From Octopus bimaculoides (taxonomy: Eukaryota), in the NCBI RefSeq assembly GCF_001194135.2, contig NC_069000.1:29124879-29159162 (forward strand): a stretch of 34,284 nt of DNA, read 5' to 3'. Shown here piece after piece: positions 22,454 to 32,517 of this stretch (positions are counted from its first letter, which is position 1; every line of letters begins with the position of its first letter). The translations under genes were made by a program, and so were the position numbers. Below the pieces are notes generated by a model that saw only the letters and a list, made by a program, of their open reading frames with translations, was not told the DNA's origin and searched no databases.

Positions 22454-22603
22454 ACTTAAACATGGCTGTTCCATAGGAACCAACATTACTGCTATTCTTA
22501 TATATCGGGTGCAGATTGCATTGAATAACCAGCTAGAGGAGGTGTCCTCCTGGGGTTAAAAGTAACAGTAATGTCAGTTCTTCTGGAATAGCCATGTTTA
22601 AGT
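22454..22603. mobile_element. Candidate small MITE with 20-bp terminal inverted repeats
   Basis: ACTTAAACATGGCTGTTCCA (22454-22473) vs the reverse complement of TGGAATAGCCATGTTTAAGT (22584-22603): one mismatch. Confidence 0.55.
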
Positions 22604-22614
22604 AGAAGTGCCTC

Positions 22615-23532
22615 TCACTCAGAGTAAAAGGTAGACTGTATAACACGTGTGCGAACAGTCATGCTACATGGCAGTGAAACATGGGCTGTGACGGCTGAGG
22701 ACATGCATAAGCTTGCAAGGAATGAAGCTAGTATGCTCTGCTGGACGTGTAATATCAGTGTGCATACACGACAGAGTGTAAGCACCCTGACAGCAAAGTT
22801 GGACATAAGAAGCATCAGATGTGGTGTGCAAGAGAGACGACTGCACTGGTATGGTCAGGTGTTGCATATGGATGAGGGCAGCTGTGTGAAAAAGTGTCAC
22901 AACCTAGTAGTAGAGGGAACCTGTGGAAGAGGTAGACACAGGAAGAACTGGGATGAGGTGGTGAAGCACGACCTTCAAATGTTGGGCCTCATGGAGGCAA
23001 TGACAAGTGACTGAGACCTTTGGAGATATGCCGGGCTTGAGAAGACACAACAAGCCAAGTGAGACCGTAACCATGGCCTATGCCAGTGCAGCATAACCAC
23101 CCCATTTAAGAGTACCCTTCAATCATTGGGCAATGCAATAAACTGCGCTCATGAAGACCTGTCGAGTCAAATGAAGTCATTGTCATGGTCGATGACAGTA
23201 CTGCCTGATTGGCACCTGTACTGGTGGCACGTAAAAAGCACAATTTGAGTATGGTCATTGCCAGTGCCGCCTCACTGGATCCCATGCCAGTGGCATGTAA
23301 AAAGCACCATTCAAGCGTGGTCAATGCCAGTACTGCTTGACTGGCCCGCGTGCTGGTGGCACATAAAAAGCACCCACTACACGCTCAGAGTGGTTGGCAT
23401 TAGGAAGGGCATCCAGCTGTAGAAACTTTGCTAGATCAGATTGGAGCCTGGTGCAGCCTTCTGGCTTGCCAGCCCTCAGTCAAACTGTCCAACCCATGCC
23501 AGCATGGAAAGTGGACGTTAAATGACGATGGT
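22615..23532 (+). mobile_element. RTE LINE 3' end with complete 3' UTR (tandem modules and GAT tail)
   Basis: MLHGSETWAVTAED...RRLHWYGQVLHM...GTCGRGRHRKNWDEVV. The UTR has three ~65-bp modules (23205-23370) and ends GGACGTTAAATGACGATG. Confidence 0.92.
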
Positions 23533-23640
23533 ATATATATATGCATTTCTAGCAAATATATGTGCTTGAAATGCATTCACTGTTCCACTAGAGGGTGTCA
23601 TGAAATGACTGTTGATGTTTTTGACACCTATTATTCTTTT

Positions 23641-23835
23641 ATTTTTTTACTTGTTTCAGTCATTTTGACTGTGGCCATGCTGGAGCACCACCTTTTAGCC
23701 AGAGAAATCAGCCCCTGGACCTATTCTTTGTAAGCCTGGTACTTATTCTATCAGTTACTTATGCTGAACTGCTAAGTTATAGGGACATAAACACACCAAG
23801 ATCGGACAAACACAGATACAAACACACAAATATAT

Positions 23836-23882
<47 letters not shown>

Positions 23883-24589
23883 CATTTAAAATTATAATAC
23901 AGGGTATCAAGAGATACCACCACGCTGAAAAAATAGCAGTCAAATCCTGACTCTAAAACCACAATAAATGTCCACATGGCACGAGTAGCGAAGACGAAGA
24001 CCAAATAAACCAGTAAAAATAATAAGATAATTCCAAATCCTGGATTTCTGGCTTTGCATAAATAATAATGCTCTGCCTTCATCAGTGGAATATACTCAAG
24101 TACATAAATACAAATACATGTATATAAACAGTATACTTACATATACGGACGTATACATACATATATATGCACGTATGCACATATATATATATAAAAGGCT
24201 TCTTTTAGCTTCTGTCTGCCAAATTCACTCACAAGGCTTTGGTTTGTCTGAGGCTATGGTAGAAGACACTTGCCTAAAGTGCCATGCAGTGGAACTGAAC
24301 CCAGAATCATGTGGTCGGGAAGCAAGCTTCTTATTTCTTTATTGCCCACAAGGGGCTAAACATAGAGGGAACAAACAAGGACAGACGAACGGATTAAGTC
24401 GGTTACATCGACCCCAGTGAGTAACTCGTACTTAATTTATCGACCCCGAAAGAATGAAAGGCAAAGTCGACCTTGGCGGAATTTGAACTCAGAATGTAAT
24501 GGCAGACGAAATACTGCTAAGCATTTCGCCCACCGTGCTAACGTTTCTGCCAGCTCGCCGCCTTCTTACCACATAGCCACACCTGCGCC
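23641..24589 (-). mobile_element. SINE family B interrupted by two insertions
   Basis: 3' half at 23641-23830, 5' half at 24195-24333, extreme 5' end CCACATAGCCACACCTGCGCC at 24569-24589. Confidence 0.85.
24334..24561 (-). mobile_element. SINE family A (young subfamily with a distinct tail) nested in family B
   Basis: CpG-rich copy flanked by CTTCTTA at 24327-24333 and 24562-24568. Confidence 0.9.
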
Positions 24590-24619
24590 ATAAAGTGAGA
24601 TTTTTTCTTAATGGCAAAT

Positions 24620-24925
24620 GGCAGTGACTGAGGAATGAGAAAGGATCAAAGTTCCAAGAGACTTCACCATTTGCAGTCCTAACTTCAGGAAACCAGTCAG
24701 CCACCTTATCATGTCCCACTTAGGCAAACATACAAGCCAGATAGATACCATACTCATTAGAAACATGGGTTAGTTGATGGTTGTGAATATTATGTCTTTT
24801 CCTGGTGAAGAATGCTCCACCAATCATAGACTAGATTAGTGACTTCAGAGTTAGATCCAGATTGACTCAGAGACAAAAAGCTATCTGGAGAAGGAAAGTA
24901 CGGAAGCTAAAAGAATTTTTGACTA
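24620..24925 (+). mobile_element. RTE LINE, end of the APE endonuclease and linker
   Basis: NFRKPVSHLI...GKHTSQIDTILIR and SFPGEECSTNHRL motifs. Confidence 0.75.
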
Positions 24926-25224
24926 GTTATAGTTTCTTCCTCTAATTTCCTTCATGATGCCTATGCATGTTCCAAATCATTCATTTTCAATATCCATTGC
25001 TCTCTCTCTCCTACCACCACCCAGCCTATCTCAATAACTACCTATTATTGTCTCTGTTATTCAGCTCAACTCAGTAACCCAACTTTTCTCTATGACTACC
25101 TTTCACTTGCTCTTTCTCACCTGTAACCATCATCATTCTCTCTCCCCAGTTCAGTCCAGGTTACTTATAACTATTATCTATCATTATCTCTTACCAGTAA
25201 CCATCTTTCATATTACTTCCTATC

Positions 25225-25672
25225 TATTGTATTTCCCTCGGGAGACTCGCAGAGATAACACAACGAGTTGTACAATNNNNNNNNNNNNNNNNNNNNNNNN
25301 NNNNNNNNNNNNNNNNNNNNNNNNNNNNNNNNNNNNNNNNNNNNNNNNNNNNNNNNNNNNNNNNNNNNNNNNNNNNACGGTAAAGTAAGCATGTAATCCT
25401 ACCGGCGACGCCAATAAACTCTGTTGCATTTCCCTCGAGAGACTCGCAGAGATAACACAACGAGTTGTACAATTTAATTATTACATTTATTATTCAATTA
25501 CATACAAAGAATGCACTCACCCAATGTTCGTTATGAATAAACAAGAATCATGTCCGCCATATCTATCAATGACCTTTTACTACGACAGTCACACAAGACA
25601 ACAACAATGAAACAATGAACTCAGACGAACCACTGTGACACACGGAACGTCAGACGAATAACATATCCAACA
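25225..25672 (-). mobile_element. LTR retroelement: 5' LTR 25422-25672, PBS 25395-25413, start of second LTR 25225-25276; interior hidden in a gap
   Basis: TGTTG...CAACA inverted termini. The same ~50 bp recur at 25225-25276 with 3 differences. AATCCTACCGGCGACGCCA resembles a tRNA 3' end including CCA. Confidence 0.7.
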
Positions 25673-25904
25673 GTCCATATAACACTATCATTCTTTCTCT
25701 CCAGCATTAATCCCTGTTCTATCACTGTCTCTCTTTCCAGCATTGTCTCTGTCTTGCCATTACTGTCTCTCTTTCCAGTATTGTCACTTCCATTATTATT
25801 CTTTCATCCACCGTCTTGTCACACAAACCCCTTTGCTTCTCTCATACATTTGCTTCCTTCCTCTTCTCATCCAATTTTATCTTTTGTCATTGTAAAAGAA
25901 ACCT

Positions 25905-26157
25905 AACTAGTGTTGGTGCCACAGTAAGTTATGTTGAGAACACGATGACTTCTCGAATGTTGACGCCATAATAAAATGCACCTACCACGCCCTGCAAAGT
26001 GGTTGGTATTAGGAAGGTCATCTAGCTACAGAAACCATGCCAAACTGTAATGTGTAATGTACAAGTGAGATGAGGTTCTCCAAATAATAACTGATTTGGA
26101 TTATGATGATGTTTCCAAGCCATGAAAACAGGAAAAGTGAAACTAAAATGATGATGG
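25905..26157 (+). mobile_element. Family C-type tail element, degenerate
   Basis: AAAGTGGTTGGTATTAGGAAGGTCATCTAGCTACAGAAACCATGCC...ATGATGATG. Confidence 0.6.
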
Positions 26158-26159
26158 AA

Positions 26160-26361
26160 GGTGGTGGGTTGGTAGAATTGTTACAGAGTCTTGTGCCATT
26201 TGTTCTGACTTTTTATGCTCTGAGTTCAAATTTCAACAAGGTCAACTTTGAACTTTGCATTTTATCCCTCCAGGTTCAATAAAACAAAGTTCCGAATTGG
26301 GATCATTATTATCAATTACCCACCACTTAAATTTCTTGCCTTGTGTCTTTTTTGGAAATAA
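26160..26361 (+). mobile_element. SINE family A, degenerate
   Basis: GGTGGTGGGTTGGTAGAATTGTTA...CTGAGTTCAAATTTC...CTTGCCTTGTG. Confidence 0.6.
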
Positions 26362-26405
26362 TTGTTGCCGCTGCTGTTGTTGTTGTTGTTGTTGTTGTTG
26401 TTGTG

Positions 26406-26441
<36 letters not shown>

Positions 26442-26445
26442 ACTG
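26362..26445. repeat. (TTG)n/(CTG)n compound trinucleotide repeat
   Basis: Direct reading; follows the SINE A tail. Confidence 0.95.
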
Positions 26446-26553
26446 CTTTTATGTGAGTTGTTCCAAGTCTCATTCAGAGACGTCTAATAACAGCAAGTTG
26501 GACATTGTACTGTGGATATCATTTATGAGTAATAATGATATATTACCAGGAAA

Positions 26554-26996
26554 CTAACTTAACCTTTGCACACTCATGATACTTATTTACAGCCACATAG
26601 GCTGAGCCATTGTCACTTAAATGTATTTGCTACAACCACAGAACAATACTAGTGGTGATATATCATTGGCAGAGATGGAACAACAAGCATTACCATCCCC
26701 ATTCGCTGGACTATGGACCTTTCAGATGTTAGTGTGGACACTGGGCCAACCATCACTTACTTCTTACAGAGAAGCAGGTGGATGATATGTCTAAGTTAAT
26801 AAATAGGAGGAAAAGAAGGAAGAAGAGGAAAGAAAGAGAGAAAGAAGTGAAGAATGTTAGTGGTGAGGAGGAGGAAACAGAAAGTGAGTGGAAAAAATAA
26901 ATGGAAATGAAGATTATGATGGAGTAAAAGAGAGAGAAAGAGAATTATGATGAGGAGGAGGAGGAAAAGGAGGATAGAGGTGATGGTGAGGAAAAA
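26554..26996 (+). repeat. 443-bp duplicate of 29401-29843, flanked by the 17-bp direct repeat GATATATTACCAGGAAA
   Basis: Direct repeat at 26537-26553 and 26997-27013. One mismatch by my reading (26797 T vs 29644 A). Confidence 0.93.
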
Positions 26997-27547
26997 GATA
27001 TATTACCAGGAAAGGAGATCAAACACTGAGAATTAAGATTCTGTTAAAAGATTCTTGCATTTAAATTGTTGATGAACCAGATTTAAATGAAATATAAAAC
27101 AGTTTTGTATAACAGGAACCAAATGACAGACAGTCTCTTAGACATGTTTGGTGTCAAAAGTTTGAAAAATTCAAACTACATCCCAGATGCCCTCTAGAAA
27201 TACTGTTATTTCTAGAGGGCATCTAAGTCTCCTTAAAACCAAAATAAAGAAAGGTTGGTCATGGTTAATAGGCTTTTGATCTTGGGTCTACTGAATAGGG
27301 ACCAGCCTAGGGTTAAATAGCAACATCCTATGTGTCAGGCCAAAACAGGGATGTAGGATGAAATTGACAACAGCTTCTCATCTGAAATAACAATATCAAC
27401 TTCCAATAACAACATATGCAGTAACATCATCATACCAGCTTCAGTTTGAACATCTGTACACACACACACATCTGTATGCATACAGGGTACATCTGCAAAC
27501 AGACACACAGACATACACACATAAATGGTCATACAAACGTGCAAATG

Positions 27548-27549
<2 letters not shown>

Positions 27550-27622
<73 letters not shown>
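27550..27622. repeat. (CA)n microsatellite
   Basis: Direct reading. Confidence 0.97.
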
Positions 27623-27625
<3 letters not shown>

Positions 27626-27676
27626 TGTACACACACATCTGAACACCCATGCACATCTGACATACACACTTACACA

Positions 27677-28243
27677 TATGAGAGCTGATGAAAAAGTTTC
27701 AAGACTGCTGCAACAAAAGGCAAACTTCAACACGTATTAATTTGGCATTTAATCTATTTCAAAGAATCCTCTTCTGAAGCCACACACTTTATCCAGCATC
27801 GTTTTCATTAATGAAAATAGTCCTGGAACTCCTTTTTGGGGGACAGTAAGCAACTGCCTTGTCACATTCTCTTGGATTTCCTTGGCATCTTAAAATCATG
27901 TTAGTGGTGCTTTCCACTGCAAAGACTGAACCTTGATTTTGGGTCATAGCCATGAACTCACAATTCATTTCCTGTTATGACTGTTTCCAAAAACTTTTCA
28001 TCCTGCTCAACACAGTCAAGAAAATCCCATGCAGTTGAAACCTGATCTTCTTTTCAAGACGACCACACTCAACATACTTGACTTCCAAGCATTGTTATAA
28101 ACAATGGAAATGAGCAAGAACATTATAACTTCGTGTTCATGCATGACAGAGTTCAAGGTTAGTCTGTGCCAAGCAGCTTCACTCTGCATACTTTAGCTCC
28201 ATTAAAATAGCAACAGTCCTGATATTTTTTATCAGTTCTTGTC
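27677..28243 (-). mobile_element. Mariner internal-deletion derivative with both TIRs
   Basis: TATGAGAGCTGATGAAAAAGTTTCAAGACTG and CAGTCCTGATATTTTTTATCAGTTCTTGT are degenerate TIRs. Minus-strand remnants FLETVITGNE..VHGYDP and KEFQDYF...WIKCVAS. Confidence 0.8.
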
Positions 28244-28653
28244 CAAATATATTCAAACACACACATACATAAAAACTAATAACCCAGTCTATAACTTCAC
28301 CAATATATGTTGTTATATGTTAGTGTTTGCTCTTCACCTGACAATAAATACATCTCCAAAAGAATAACCAACTCGCTTCACCTATCCGTTCATTACCACA
28401 GTGAAATAACTTCTTTTCACCATTTACCCATCCTCCTATCCTTTCATCATCATCAGCTAATGATGGTGATGATGATGATGATTAAGATGGCTCTTTCTTC
28501 TGACCTCCATCTTTTCATCTTCCCATTCTGCCTCCTCTTATTACAATCTCCTCCTCTCACTTTTATTCATCTCCCTTCTCCTCCTTTTCCTATTTTTTCA
28601 TCTAATGATCACACACAATCACACCTATTACTTTAAGTCAACTCTCAGAGTTA

Positions 28654-28712
28654 CCCAATTAGGATATACCAATTAGGATATACCAATTAGGATATACCCA
28701 ATTAGGATATAC
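28654..28712. repeat. 14-bp tandem repeat (CCAATTAGGATATA) x4
   Basis: Direct reading. Confidence 0.92.
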
Positions 28713-28720
28713 CTTCATAT

Positions 28721-28948
28721 TTAGCTTTTTAACACTCAAATTTGTCAGTCAAATGTAATACTTATTTATTCACATTATTTTGAATTAATCATGTATTATC
28801 CTGTGGCTTTGAAATTTCAATGATGTGATTGTTTAATATTAGAATGACATTGTAGGGGAGGTGTGAGAAGTGACATCTGGCCAGTTGGGACATAAAACAT
28901 GTTGAATATTTAGGCTGGAAATGGCTGGTTTAAATACTAAAGGGTTAG
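28721..28948. mobile_element. MITE family E, older copy
   Basis: Colinear with 17131-17330 (ATTCACATT...TTTGAATTAATCATG...AGAATGACATTGTAG...TAAATACTAAAGGGTTA). Confidence 0.8.
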
Positions 28949-28959
28949 AGATTGAGGTC

Positions 28960-29190
28960 AGGATACAACTGTTCCCTCATTGACTTCTGCACTGACTCTC
29001 ACAATGATTCTCATATTGACTCACTCATTGACTACCTTACTAAATCTCTTGTTGACTCATACACTGATTTCTACATTGTCTCCTAAATTGATTCCCTCAT
29101 TGAATCTTTTATTTGATCTCACATTGACTCCGATGCAGACTCTCACATTATCTCCCATACTGACTCTCAGATTGACTCCTCCATACTGAC
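28960..29190. repeat. Degenerate minisatellite/low-complexity tract (ATTGACTCTCAC-like)
   Basis: Recurrent TTGACT/TTGATT/CTCAC with multiple-of-6 periodicity. Confidence 0.7.
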
Positions 29191-29400
29191 TCTTTCTTTC
29201 TCCTTTCTATCACTAACCCCTTCTTTGTCCAGTTTCTAGCTGCAAATCTGTAAAGGACTTATTAAATTGGTTATGTTTCTCAAAGTAACGCTGGTCATGA
29301 AAAGATTTTTAACTAAACATTGCTGCAAGCTAGTGTAACAGTCATTAGTTTTACTCACTGTTGACAACAACAATCTATCCTTTTCTACTGTGGTACCCAA

Positions 29401-29843
29401 CTAACTTAACCTTTGCACACTCATGATACTTATTTACAGCCACATAGGCTGAGCCATTGTCACTTAAATGTATTTGCTACAACCACAGAACAATACTAGT
29501 GGTGATATATCATTGGCAGAGATGGAACAACAAGCATTACCATCCCCATTCGCTGGACTATGGACCTTTCAGATGTTAGTGTGGACACTGGGCCAACCAT
29601 CACTTACTTCTTACAGAGAAGCAGGTGGATGATATGTCTAAGTAAATAAATAGGAGGAAAAGAAGGAAGAAGAGGAAAGAAAGAGAGAAAGAAGTGAAGA
29701 ATGTTAGTGGTGAGGAGGAGGAAACAGAAAGTGAGTGGAAAAAATAAATGGAAATGAAGATTATGATGGAGTAAAAGAGAGAGAAAGAGAATTATGATGA
29801 GGAGGAGGAGGAAAAGGAGGATAGAGGTGATGGTGAGGAAAAA
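29401..29843 (+). repeat. Source copy of the 443-bp duplication
   Basis: No direct repeat at its flanks; its purine-rich tract continues uninterrupted to ~29900. Confidence 0.9.
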
Positions 29844-30730
29844 GAAGGAGCTGGGCAGAGAAAAGAGGAAGAATTTGTAGTAGTAGTAGTAGTAGCAGCA
29901 GTAGCAGAAAATGTGTCCATAAAGAAGTGACCTTAATTAGAAGCAGGTACAGCGTTATGGGGTTACTGAGCAATTTTACAGCTCCTCCCTATTTCTCCCT
30001 CTCTCCCACACCTCATTTTTATCCCATACATTCCATCATTTTTACACACATATTCACACACACACACACACACACATACATTCTCATATTCACAGCTGTA
30101 CACACACATAACATGACACACACCCACAGCAGCTTGATCATTCCTTTAAGTAGAACAGGTCATATTGGTGGCAACTGTGTGTGTGTGTGTGAGTGTGTGT
30201 ACGCGTGTTTATATTCATACATACATCCACACATTATATTCCAGTGCATAACACCCAATATTGCTCCAACCTCATTTTCATCAGATTTCTATTTACACTA
30301 ATTACTTCTCAAAATCTCAGATAATATTTCACATCTATGGGTTCTTACCCCTCCCCTTCTCTCTCCCCATCTTTTTCCTTTTCACATTCTTCTCTCTCCT
30401 CCCTTTCCCTCTTATATATATTTGTGTGTGTGTGTATGTATAAATATGCCCATATATGTATATATATCTATGTTTAGCTATCAAATATATATACATGTGT
30501 GTGTGTGTGTGTATACACATATAGAGTATAAGTGTATTTGGTATTTTACTAATTCAATTATTTATTCAGAAACTTTTCAAGAAAATTCATTTAAGGAGCC
30601 CCAATGCATCCTAACTTACGTGCACACACACACATACTTCAAATAAATAACTACACAGAAATAAAATTCTCCAGTGCATATGTATATATGATTATATACT
30701 TAAATACATACATGCATACATGTGTAAGAT

Positions 30731-30835
30731 GCAGCATGGCCAGTTGTTTCAGAAGTTTGTTTCACCATCATGCAGTCCCAAGTTCAAACTAACTGTATGG
30801 CATCTTGGGCAAGTGTCTTTTTCTATAGCTGTCTT
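30731..30835 (+). mobile_element. SINE family B, old 5' fragment
   Basis: GCAGTCCCAAGTTCAAA...GGCATCTTGGGCAAGTGTCTTTTTCTATAGC. Confidence 0.5.
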
Positions 30836-31201
30836 GGATGATACAGTCAAATATATTTCATCCTTTCATATTTGTTGAGTAAATAAAGAATGAACCAGTC
30901 CATTACCAGGCCAATATTTCATCTGTTTCCTTCTCAAATTCTCCTATTGTTATTCCTTCTAGAAGAAATTAGCTGTCTTCAGACATGGGCTTTGCACATA
31001 TATTCATAAACATAGAAATGTGGTTTAAGATGTTCATTTTGCAACCATGCTGTCTATGTTTAAACCTACAACTGCAGCATCACAGGCAAATATCATGCAA
31101 CAACAAAACTTGCTCTGCAAGTGATATTTGGTGAATGGAAACTGCATGAAAGCACACATGTATCTCAGTGAATGTCTCTTTTTGTGTACACCAATGTAAA
31201 C

Positions 31202-32517
31202 TATGAGGGAGAGTCAAAAATTATACGCACTCTTGTTTTTTCAAAAAAATTATATGCACTCTTGTTTTTTCAAAGTATTTACACAAAAGCAATGGATAAA
31301 CAAGTATGTCATTTTTCTATATAGTCTCCTTCCTGCACTTGGTCCAGTGGTCCACAAACTTGTATGTCCCCTCCAAGAAGGTTTTCAGTTGGTTGTGCAA
31401 CCATTTCTATACCGTTTCCTTCACATCTTCATCCATAGGAAATCGATGACCTCGTAAACCATCTTTGACCGGTCCAAAGATATGATAGTTGGAAGGAACA
31501 AGATCTGGGCTGTAGGCAGGGTGTTCCAACAACTCAAAACCCAATTGGTTAATGATTTCAACGGTTTGGGCAGCCATGTGTGGGTGTGCATTGTCATGCA
31601 GCAACAAAACTTTCTTCGACAATAGGCTTCGGCATTTGGTGTGAATTGCTGGCTTTGGTTTGTTGGCAAACAAAGGAGTGTATCTTGCACTGTTGATTGT
31701 ACACCACTTTTCCAGGCAGTCTTTGAGTACAGGCCCTTCTGAGTTCCCAAAAAAGGGTTAGCATCACCTTTCTTGCGAAAAACTGAGACTTGAATTTCTT
31801 CATCACTGGTGAGCCAGAATGTTTTCACACCATACTGTCTTTTGGATTCTGCCTCATAATGATGGACCCACGTTTCATCTCCTGAGACTATTCTGCTCAA
31901 AAATTGCTTGCCCTCATTGTAGCGATTAAGTAAATGTTGGCAGACCTCAAGATATTTGCACTTGTGCTCTGCAGTAAGATCTCTTAGCACCCATCTTGCA
32001 CTTTATGGAATCTGAGCTCACCGTAGATGATTTGATAGGCAGAACCATGTCTAATCTGCAGATGATCATTCATCAATGATAACTCACCAGCTCACCATTA
32101 ACATCTCTTGAGCTTGCTGAATCTCATCAGTAGTGGAGGTTGATGGACGTCCTGTTCCCTCTTTGTGCATCATGCTTGTCCAGCCACTTTTAAACTTCTC
32201 GATCCACTCATACACACTTCTATGTGATAGTGCTGCCCCGTATTGTGCTAAAATCTTCCAATGAATTTCAGCACCTGACACACCTTCCAACCAGAGAAAT
32301 TGGATCACTGCTCTTTGTTCTTCTTTGGTGTACATTGCTAGTGGAGCAGCCATGCTTACACAGTAAAACCAGAAAGAAAAATGGTGTGACCAGGCTCAAA
32401 CTTCGATCATGTGACCACAGTAGTACCAACTATAAACATGCATGCACAGAAAGCAGTGTGACAATAATAAAGACATGTTATGACGAAAGTACAGATAATT
32501 TTTTACTTCCCCTTATA
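31202..32517 (-). mobile_element. Full-length mariner (irritans/Hsmar2-like), decayed, TA-bounded
   Basis: TIRs TATGAGGGAGAGTCAAAAATTATACGCA and TACAGATAATTTTTTACTTCCCCTTATA; about 1.3 kb. Confidence 0.93.
31309..32353 (-). pseudogene. Mariner DD34D transposase with frameshifts and stops
   Basis: MAAPLAMYTKEEQRAVIQFLW...SVYEWIEKFKSG, IVSGDETWVHHYEAESKRQ, LLLHDNAHPH, PAYSPDLVPSNYHIFG (third catalytic D read as N). Confidence 0.92.

Noticed and set aside
25395-25413. tRNA gene
   Set aside because: Only 19 nt with an encoded CCA and no cloverleaf; better explained as a primer-binding site.
26255-26557. Poly-Cys ORF, or mixed CAG/CAA poly-Gln on the minus strand
   Set aside because: The tract is the tail of a SINE A copy. 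The Gln frame has a TAG at its start and no surrounding ORF.
28980-29189. Leu/Thr-rich ORF
   Set aside because: It is a by-product of a degenerate minisatellite with multiple-of-6 periodicity.
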